A DNA stretch of 64,000 nt. It comes from Schmidtea nova. Its lineage: Eukaryota. This document shows positions 54,401 to 62,590 of this stretch, in pieces. The stretch is taken from contig CM097882.1 of the NCBI GenBank assembly GCA_044892505.1, forward strand, positions 591,976,001 through 592,040,000, written 5' to 3'. The stretch's first letter is position 1, and each line of letters opens with the position of its first letter. The position numbers were made by a program, and so were the translations under genes. The notes below the pieces were generated by a model. It did not search any database. It was not told where the DNA came from and was given only the letters and a program-made list of their open reading frames with translations.

Positions 54401-56340
54401 GAATTCTGAGAAATAAAATAAATGACATAAAAGATACACCTGGCCGCGTTTTGAATCTTTCTGAATGTCCCCATGACATCCGCAGCTCAGGTCTTGTTAG
54501 TAAAATTCTCTTGTGTGCGTTTATTAATAATTTCTCGAAAAATTTGCCCCTTGTAAATTTAAACTTGCGCGAGATTGGAGACGTGGTTGGCTCTTTGCTT
54601 ATCTTTGTCAGGCAGCACGATAATATAGAAAACCCAAGTAACACTAAAATTATTCATAAAGCTATATTGAGAGTTCCGATAAAACAAAAGAGAACTAATG
54701 CTGAACTATTTTTAATTAAATGGGCAAATTATAGCACAAATGAAATTATTCACGCGATTATGGAGCAATTCCCTGAAAAAGTGAAACCAGCTAAAAAACC
54801 ATACTTGGGAACCAAAATTAAAACTTCTAAAATTAGCAAAAATAAATTGATCGATTTATTCATGAAAGATATGAAGACAGCTGTCAATAAGGTCATCAAC
54901 AATTTCGATGTACCGGCTCGACCAACTTTTCAGAACATAGTTAAAAACTTTTCTCATGAAACACCTGCACGTGGGCATTGGGAGAAACTATTTGACTTTT
55001 GTAAACACTCTCAAAATGTACTTCCTCTGAAATGCTTCTCGAATAGGGAAGTGATGTATGAACTTAGGAGGGCTGACAACACTAGTCCTGGTATTGATGG
55101 ATTACAATATCGTGACTTGTTGCGTCTAGATCCTGATGGTCATATACTTACTTTCTTGTTCAACAAGATCATTACAGAGAAGTCCATACCGGACAGTTGG
55201 AAGGTCTACAAAACCACTCTAATCCCGAAACCTAATAAAAATGATAAATATTCAGATATATCATCCTGGCGCCCGATTGCCTTGCTATCCGTCATCTACA
55301 AAGTTTTTGCGTCCTGTCTAGCCTCTCGTCTTGCACGCTGGATAAACTATAATAAACTATTACATGTTGGACAAAAAGGTGGCTCCCAACATTAAGGTTG
55401 CGTTGAACACAACTCGATTCTGTCTGCTGCTCTGGAACATTCCAAATATAGTAAAAACTGTCCTCTTTCCATTGCTTGGCTCGACATAAAAGATGCTTTT
55501 GGTAGTGTCCCACATGATTACATGTGGTCCTTACTCCGATACACTGGGGTAAGTGAAGACTTTACCTCCATCTTAGAACTTTTATATTCTGACACAAGCT
55601 CCTTCTATAGTTGTGGTCCTATTCTGACACCAAAGATCCCAATTAATAAGGGTGTCAAGCAAGGATGTCCCATCTCCATGATTTTGTTTGCTTTGGCGAT
55701 TAATCCTGTGTTGGAAGCTGTTTCCAGAACAGTCTGTGATGCTTTTGCTATTGGAGAATCATCTGTCAAAATTCTCGCGTATGCAGATGACATCGCAATT
55801 TTCGCTAAATCTCCTAATGACCTACAAAAACTCATTAACACTGCTGTCACAACTGCAACCAATATAGGCTTTGAATATCGGCCAGAGAAATGTGCTTATC
55901 TGCAACTTCCTAGAATTCACATTGACAGTGAAATTTCAATCAATGGAGTTAAAATAAAAAAACTACTGTCTAATGAATTTTATCAATACCTAGGTGTGCC
56001 AGTTGGCGAAGGAACTGACCAAAGTCATTACGACATTCTACTGGAGGCACTCAAAGACACCAAAAAACTTGCTGATTCGGATTTGCTTGGGTGGCAAAAA
56101 CTTAAAGCGTACAAAGTATTTATCCATTCTCGCTTGATCTTCCCTTTTAGAACCCGTGAAATTAAAACTAGTGCACTTTCAAAATCTTATGATAATAAAA
56201 ATCTTTCAGTTAACATCACTAGCCAGTTAAGGAAAACCTTAAGAAAAATGCTGCTTTTGCCTAATCACTCGGAAGTGAGTTATTTCTACAATTCAACTGA
56301 AAATGGGGGAGCAAACTGTGTTGATCTCCTCGAACGAATA
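51466..56340 (+). mobile_element. R2-superfamily (NeSL-like) non-LTR retrotransposon with Ulp1/C48 protease and RT; two in-frame stops; 3'-truncated
   Basis: ORFs 51667, 52855 and 55522 share one frame, separated by TGA (52846) and TAA (55393). Ulp1 motifs KTHW, FVDPL, QNNNYDCG. RT motifs SPGIDG, WRPIALL, WLDIKDAFGSVPH, GVKQGCPIS, YADD, PEKC, YQYLGV. Confidence 0.9.
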
Positions 56341-57188
56341 TACATGACAGGATTCTGCACTGTGTTGACTTTCGATATTTGATATACCTAATCACTCCAA
56401 TTATTATCAAAATTTTTAATGAATGGCGATGTACTATTCTTGCTAATTCGAACATGATCACCAACTTTATATTTTGGTTTCTTTACTTTAACTTCACTCA
56501 CAATATTTTCAGTATCAACTACTTCGGCCGGTTTCCTGCCATTTATACCCCGATGAGCACTATGATTATAACTGTGAATCAATTGAGGTAAGACATTAAT
56601 CCAGGTTTAATTGCCTTTAAAAACAAAGTATTTTTTCAATCGATCACGCAAAGTTCGATTAAATCTCTCGACATGAGCGGCTTTGAATTGCTAGAATACC
56701 GAATAAAAATTTATTCCCTTGATAACTTCCTTGACTTTACTGTTGTAAAATTCCTTTCCTAAAATATATATTAAATATATTAAATTCTATTTAAATTTAC
56801 CTAAATCAGTTTGTAAATTAGTTGGCCGATCCTTTTTCATCATTGTTTTGATAGCGATTGCCATGTCATTAGCAGATTTAGATTTGACTCCAATTGCTCG
56901 AGCAAATCGACTGTAAACATCAATACATGTTAAAATATACTTGTACCCCTTGTTAATAGCAGAATACGGAATCATTTCCATCAAGTCCATTTGCCACAAA
57001 TCATTGATTCTATATGTTTTATATGCTCGAGTTGGAAACCGTTTCAACATCGGTTTGTTTAGACTGTATGCAAGTTGCCCCGATAACCAACTTTGTGTCT
57101 GTTGTTTCGACTTCTGTGCTTTTTTCCTTAGCTTTTCGACTCCACCGAAACCGGCGTCATCTTTTGGGTTCGTCCAGATCTTCTCCAT
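56341..57188 (-). pseudogene. Maverick-type retroviral-like DDE integrase with 42-nt intron (56759-56800), three stops, truncated C-terminus
   Basis: WQMDL, YILTCIDVYSRFA, QTDLG|KEFYN across a GT-AG intron, HVERFNRTL, YNHSAH, KYKVGDHVRISK; stops at 56691, 56607, 56388. Confidence 0.9.
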
Positions 57189-57243
57189 TACAACAAGAAG
57201 ATTTAAAGTTTAAATTTAAATTAGGTAATGATTGACCCATTGT

Positions 57244-57768
57244 TTATGACTTTCTTTTTCCCAATAAACCAGCACCTCCCAATAATGATAATGCTAATGG
57301 TAACAATGCTGCGATAAAACTACCTTGTTGTTTATATATTATTTTGCGCATAAGTTTTCTATTTTTTGTGTTTACTAGCGACAACAATGGTTTTTTATGC
57401 TTGTTCAAAACACGTCGATTAGATGGAGTTAGATTCATTTTACCTCGCACGACTTTAATTAAAATAGCGAGTAAATCATCGATGACGTAATTAGGAAACG
57501 ATTGAAGAATACCCATTCTTCTAACGGAGGGGGCTTTAAGTAATGCATTAAAAAACGGTAAACTACGATTATGTAGTGGTTTAGCATTAGATTTCAAATT
57601 AATTTGATTATTTTTGGGAATATTATCCATAATTATTTTCTTGGATCTTGATTTCTTTCTTGATTTCTTTCTTGATTTATTTATAGATTTCTTTGTAATT
57701 AGTTTCTTTGTTTTCTTTGTTCTAGCCTTTATCAATTGCTCAAACTTTACTCGAGATTTCATTAACAT
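57244..57768 (-). CDS. Lys/Arg-rich protein with C-terminal QQGSFIAALLPLALSLLGG segment (putative virion core/DNA-binding protein)
   Basis: Intact 174-aa ORF between ATPase and integrase; the GxFxxxLLP hydrophobic tail recalls Polinton small structural proteins. Confidence 0.7.
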   Translation of the reverse strand: MLMKSRVKFEQLIKARTKKTKKLITKKSINKSRKKSRKKSRSKKIIMDNIPKNNQINLKSNAKPLHNRSLPFFNALLKAPSVRRMGILQSFPNYVIDDLLAILIKVVRGKMNLTPSNRRVLNKHKKPLLSLVNTKNRKLMRKIIYKQQGSFIAALLPLALSLLGGAGLLGKRKS

Positions 57769-57788
57769 TATTATGATTGCAAACAGAA

Positions 57789-58383
57789 TTAACTTTGTTT
57801 ATAAACCATGGCTCCTTCAGTGTTAAAAATATCAGTTCTAACTCGTAAATCATCACTACATTGTTGTGTAAAATCCAGGAAAATATATCCATGAGGAGAT
57901 TTTGTAGCATCTTGAAAGGCTTCAATCAAAAAGTTACGGTTAGAAGGATAAGCCTGTCTTGCCAGAAAATCAATAACTGTTGCATCTCTAGGATTTTTAA
58001 AACAACAAGATATTGAACATTTAAATTACGGGTTCGATGACTACCGCCCTGATGAAATAAATTCTAACAGTAACACCTTTATGTCTACTGATTTTCGTAA
58101 ATAAGTTATTGAAATCCTTTTCTTTATTTGCTTCTTGATACAAGTCATCACCCTGTTTTAATCTAGATGACCAGTTTTTATCGAATCCTTTTATGATTGT
58201 CATTTTTATTTTACAAAACTGATCTTGTGTCATTCCGCTTTCGTCGTCAGCACCCCTATGCCAATAAATATTATTAAATTTTGACTTGAATAATTTCGAT
58301 TGCAATAATTTACAAACAAATAAAGTTTTTCCACTCCCGCTCGGACCAACAATTTGAAATACTGCATCATTTCTTAATTCCAT
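57789..58383 (-). pseudogene. FtsK/A32-type genome-packaging ATPase, frameshifted
   Basis: Walker A GPSGSGKT; Walker B region apparently shortened (GD-DLYQE); FTKISRHKGVT; after a frameshift (Q)NLFHQG..RTRNLNVQYLVVLKNPRD...PHGYIFLDF. Confidence 0.9.
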
Positions 58384-58476
58384 ATTTAAAAATTATATCT
58401 AAATAATATTATTGTTTATATTTGTTTTAATTACTCACTCTCAAAATAATTGTTTCATTTAAAAATAATTTCAGTA

Positions 58477-58944
58477 ATGATTAGAAACATTAATTACAAG
58501 GGTAAGACAGATGTATCACACATGAAATTTCCAAATGGAAAACCACAGCAAATTGTAGATCGAAGTGGGAAATACCCAAAAATATACTTTAAAACAGGAA
58601 GATATAGAATAATGGGATGCAAGGAATTTATTAGTGACGAACAAGTTGAGTTTTACGATTTAAAAATTCAATCGATAACTGTAACTGCGGATTTAGGATT
58701 TATTTGTAATTTGAATGAATTATCTAAATTGATACCGTATGTTTACGAGCCAGAATTATTTCCAGCTTTGAGATATACCAAATATAATCCAATATGTGTA
58801 AATATATTTGCAAGTGGGAAATTAGTCATATTAGGATTAAAAAACAAAGATAATTCAACTATAGTTGATGATATTATTAACGATATAAAATCAATTATAG
58901 AAGATAAAGCCTTTGTTGATTTCATACTAACATGTGACTCATGA
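58477..58944 (+). CDS. Divergent TATA-binding-protein-like protein (~155 aa)
   Basis: Repeat 2: IQSITVTADLGF...YEPELFPAL...VNIFASGKLVILG. Degenerate repeat 1: IRNINY...IYFKTGRYRIMGCK. Frame intact. Confidence 0.85.
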   Translation: MIRNINYKGKTDVSHMKFPNGKPQQIVDRSGKYPKIYFKTGRYRIMGCKEFISDEQVEFYDLKIQSITVTADLGFICNLNELSKLIPYVYEPELFPALRYTKYNPICVNIFASGKLVILGLKNKDNSTIVDDIINDIKSIIEDKAFVDFILTCDS

Positions 58945-58972
58945 CTGCAATATCGATGCAGTAGAAATGCAC

Positions 58973-59087
58973 GATTCTGATTGGTTGAGTGTGTATTTCG
59001 AGAATAAAGACATGTTGTGCATGCTTGATTCTGATTGGTTCATTATGTATCGTTTTCTAAATCATGTGTGTTTCTTTCGTATATAAA
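58973..59087 (+). promoter_or_regulatory. Pol II-type promoter: two inverted CCAAT boxes plus TATA box
   Basis: 14-bp direct repeat GATTCTGATTGGTT at 58973 and 59027; TATATAAA at 59080, ~40 nt before ATG 59123. Confidence 0.65.
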
Positions 59088-59122
59088 CTATGAACAAACT
59101 GACATAGTTTATATCTACAATT

Positions 59123-59703
59123 ATGTCGCAAAATACAAAGAATTTAAAAAATGGTAATAATAAAATTAATATATTTTCAAATTTAATATATTTTATTTTT
59201 TAGAAAAACGCATGTCCGTAATCTACACCAAACTGGCTGAGATGTTCCCCAATCTGATGCAGACGCTGACCTATACAGCACCGGAGCTGTTCCCGTACAA
59301 AATTCACGTTTTGACGGGAATAGATGTAAATCAAATATTAAAGGAACATTTGGAAAATCTCAACAATGATTTGCCTTTTATGGCCAAACACATATTATGC
59401 GCCTATCAATGCGGGCACTGTGTGGATAGGATCCATAAATTACAAGTGTGGGTTCTCCGAAATACCCTAAATCAATTCGAAACCAAGGAGATGAAGGAAA
59501 TCATCGAGGAGGCAATGGAACAAGAAAGATGGTTGAACTCAACTCCCGAACCGATTGATGATTCAATTGAGATTGAAGCACCAGCGATAGATGAACCATT
59601 GGAATCGCCACAATCACCTGATTGTGATGAGTGTCACCAAAAGGTTGACGATTGTGATGATGATGGTTGCCAATCTCTTGGTGGTGAACCATCAGATATG
59701 TAA
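59123..59703 (+). CDS. Unknown protein with CxxxCxxC motif and acidic tail; join(59123..59153,59204..59703)
   Basis: 50-nt phase-1 GT-AG intron joins MSQNTKNLKN in frame to EKRMSVIY...; motifs APELFPYKIHVLTGIDV and LCAYQCGHCVD. Confidence 0.75.
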
Positions 59704-60060
59704 ATTTTATTATTATATTTTTTGTTGAATAAAAGTTTTTGAATTAATTTCTTTAGTTTTGATTTCATTATTTGTATTAGCTTTTTATGTAAATGTTTTA
59801 ATTTATTAAACTTTTTATTAAATAAGAAAGTGTTTTGGTTTTTAAAAAAAAAGTATTTTAGTTATGAAAGTTTTTATTATCAGTAAGAATGTGTTTTTTA
59901 TTTTTGATGAAAAATAATAATAATTATGAAATAAATAATTACAAAACTTAGGAACATTAGTAACAGAACATTCCGAGCAGAACCCTGGTAGCAGAACATA
60001 TTCTGTGAGGGTTTTTATCTGCAAAAGCTCATTACTTGAACATATACAAATTAATTAAAC

Positions 60061-60170
60061 ATGCACGCATACAACAAAGACATTGCAATACAGATGCATA
60101 GTGTGTGCAAGATAAATGCATGAATATGATTGGACAAAGACATCCAGTCATTAGTATAAATACAAAGACG
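60061..60170 (+). promoter_or_regulatory. Promoter-like module with three ACAAAGAC motifs, ATTGG and TATAAATA
   Basis: ACAAAGAC at 60074, 60134, 60162; GATTGG at 60128; TATAAATA at 60155; ATG at 60200. Confidence 0.55.
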
Positions 60171-60199
60171 TTTTATAAAATATTGTCACAATTTATAAA

Positions 60200-60616
60200 A
60201 TGAATTCAAGAAAACAAAATTTAGATATAAGCGAAGAAAAAATATATCAGACTGAGGTAAAACCAGTCCAGATGTACTATGACAGCCGCTTTTATTTTTT
60301 GATTAATGAAATACCGTTTCGATTATCTTATCCGGTAAAGTTAACAAAATCTTTATATGACAGTCTTGCTGTAATTATTGCTAAAGAAGATATTATAACA
60401 TTAAATCGATTGTTTTCAAAGATGAATGTTAATTTATCTTGTAAAGAAACCATGTACATCAATAACAGAAAAACTCGGTTCCATGATGCGTTTCAAACTA
60501 TTGATTTCGTGGATCAAGAACACTGGTTCGTTACCGTTATTATCCAAGGGTACAAGATTGATAAAAAAGATGTTGTTACTCCAATTTGGAGAGTTGACAA
60601 TGCTAGATACGCATAA
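60200..60616 (+). CDS. Unknown 138-aa protein (tentatively OB-fold/SSB-like); contains LSCKE
   Basis: Intact ORF downstream of a TATA module; C-terminal VTVIIQGYKI...PIWRV is beta-rich; function is inference only. Confidence 0.65.
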   Translation: MNSRKQNLDISEEKIYQTEVKPVQMYYDSRFYFLINEIPFRLSYPVKLTKSLYDSLAVIIAKEDIITLNRLFSKMNVNLSCKETMYINNRKTRFHDAFQTIDFVDQEHWFVTVIIQGYKIDKKDVVTPIWRVDNARYA

Positions 60617-60902
60617 TTGTTATTTAATAAATATTTTAGTATGAACAATTTTAGTTTTGATATTAGTTTTTGTTTAAAAAATGAAATGAAATATAGTTAT
60701 TTTATTATTATGTGTTCACAATACTGAAGGAGAACAAGCTTTGGAAGATTGTCAATCATCCCATCCGTTTTGAAGACAAGATAGTACTTGCGCGAGTTAT
60801 AATGATATATGTCTTTACTCAAACATTGAATGCAGTCAAATAAAATTACAATGTAATCAATGTCCTTCTAAAAATAATGTCATTAATAATGATATTGAAA
60901 AA

Positions 60903-61262
60903 ATGATTGCCAAAATAATGATGAAAATAGTTGAACGATTAAAATGTATCAATCAAACTTTTGTTAAAAAAGAATATGAAGTCAGATACCAAAATCAAAC
61001 AGTTGAAAACGAAAAAACAGCCATTGTATTACATTATATAAGTTTATTTATATTAATAATTATAATGATTTTATCTGCATCTATACGGTTGGAGAATATA
61101 TCAAATATTCCAAAGAATAATATTCCGAAAAATACGAATATTCCGATGAATAATATTACAATGAATAATATTCCTATGAATAATATTCCGAGTAATAATT
61201 TAGATGTTAATAATTTTGAAACGAAATTTTGTATACGCACACAACAATATATTTATAAATAA
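60903..61262 (+). CDS. Single-TM protein with NIPxN pentapeptide repeats; frame extends upstream through one TGA into a Cys-rich segment
   Basis: Hydrophobic IVLHYISLFILIIIMILSASI; ~15-bp repeats at 61100-61200; upstream in-frame CASYNDIC...C....CNQC. Confidence 0.45.
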   Translation: MIAKIMMKIVERLKCINQTFVKKEYEVRYQNQTVENEKTAIVLHYISLFILIIIMILSASIRLENISNIPKNNIPKNTNIPMNNITMNNIPMNNIPSNNLDVNNFETKFCIRTQQYIYK

Positions 61263-61369
61263 ATTTTATTTTGTCTTTGTATTTAGAATGTCTTTGTTCA
61301 TGTTGCACGTGTATTGCATTGTCTTTGTTTAAGTTGCACGCGTGTTGCAAACTTTTCGATGACTCATAT

Positions 61370-61530
61370 TTGTGTTAAAAAAATTTGTGTTAAAAAAATT
61401 TGGCGCGAAAAAAATTGGCGCGAAAAAAAAAATTTGAAAAAAAATTTTGGCGCGAAAAGAAAAATTTGAAAAAAATTTTTGGCGCGAAAAAAATATTTGA
61501 AAAAAAAAATTTACCCCCCCGGGGGGGCTC
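61370..61530. promoter_or_regulatory. Array of four E2F-consensus sites in A-tract repeats plus C7G7 palindrome
   Basis: TTTGGCGCGAAA at 61399, 61446, 61478; TTGGCGCGAAA at 61415; CCCCCCCGGGGGGG at 61514-61527. Confidence 0.65.
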
Positions 61531-61901
61531 GAAAAAAAGTTCTTTGTTTAAAATTTTACGCCCACGCATTCCTTTGTCTTTGACTCCACACATCTACCTA
61601 CTTACGTTAACACGATGGTATACTCCAACATTTGTACCAACAGCACCTGTATATCCAAACGAAAAATTAAAAGAGATGAAACCATTATGAAAAATTACTT
61701 TATATTTCTTTCCAATTTTACATTTTTTTGATTGTTATAAAACTAATTATTGGAGTTATTGGGGTTAAATTTATGATAATAAAAAACTTTTTCGAGTAAA
61801 AGTGGCCATAATTCAAAAATTTTTACATCAAGATAATCAAAATTTAACGCTCAACAATAAAAAAGTCATATAAAAACAAAAAGTATTTGAAAAATAAATC
61901 T

Positions 61902-62306
61902 TTATTTAAATAAATCTTCGGCAATAATTTTTGTATTGTAAAGGTCATCATAGTATGTCTTTTTCATTTCAGCAACCAAAATATGAGCAGATTGTTGTCT
62001 TTTGAAATCGTGGCAATAAGCACATCCATTGGTGCATGATACACGCATTGATTCCTTACAAACAATGCAATTTTCAATGCACTTGACTCCAGCTCCAAGC
62101 ACCATATCATAATGCATTTCAAGCAACTCCTCGATATTTATCCCCGTGTATTGGTATATTTTATGTACCAGCAACTCGGAGCACAATAATCGATATTATT
62201 TTCAATCTTTGGGTATAAATCTTAGAACTTCTTGAGAAGTACTTCGAGTAAATAAACCAAAAGAATAAATTAATATAAAAATAAAAATACTCTTACTTTT
62301 CGACAT
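61902..62306 (-). pseudogene. Decayed paralogue of the 59123 CxxxCxxC protein (exon 62297-62306, 55-nt intron 62242-62296)
   Basis: MSK|ILLKKF*DLYP...DYCAP/ELLVHKIYQYTGINIEELLEMH...SCTNGCAYCHD aligns with TYTAPELFPYKIHVLTGIDVNQILKEH...LCAYQCGHCVD; one stop and one frameshift. Confidence 0.75.
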
Positions 62307-62392
62307 TTTCAAATTTTCACAATCAATGAATAACAATTAATACAAACAAAATTTATATAATTAATTAATGTATTTATTTCAATAATTATATT

Positions 62393-62590
62393 TTACACGT
62401 AATCTTTAAAATCCAAAGTTTTTATTCCAAACATAACAACTCTTTTGCTGTTAAAGACATTGACACATACTGGATCAAATTTCTGTAAACGAATTGCTGG
62501 GAATACTTCTGGTTCGAATTAACAAAGACATTTCTTTAGTATTTCGTATAAATTAATAAATTTGCCGACATCGAGCGTCACTGTAGTCAT
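62393..62590 (-). pseudogene. Second TBP-like gene, C-terminal repeat only, with one stop
   Basis: MTTVTLDVGKFINL...*FEPEVFPAIRLQKFDPVCVNVFNSKRVVMFGIK aligns with the 58477 protein. Confidence 0.8.

Noticed and set aside
52242-55862. Minus-strand ORFs overlapping the non-LTR ORF (52242, 52788, 53445, 54384, 55292, 55605)
   Set aside because: Antisense shadows of a well-supported plus-strand frame, with no motifs.
58477-58944. Calling the TBP-like ORF the host TBP gene
   Set aside because: Repeat 1 is far too degenerate for host TBP, the gene is intronless and embedded among viral-type genes, and a second decayed copy lies 3.5 kb away.
61034-61240. Minus-strand hydrophobic GILF-repeat ORF as a separate gene
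   Set aside because: Most simply the antisense shadow of the NIPxN repeats, although the inverted promoter-like module leaves some doubt.
61390-61690. ORFs 61400-61690 (+, includes PTAPVYP) and 61390-61593 (-)
   Set aside because: Mostly translation of the A-tract/E2F minisatellite; the PTAP segment has no credible start of its own.
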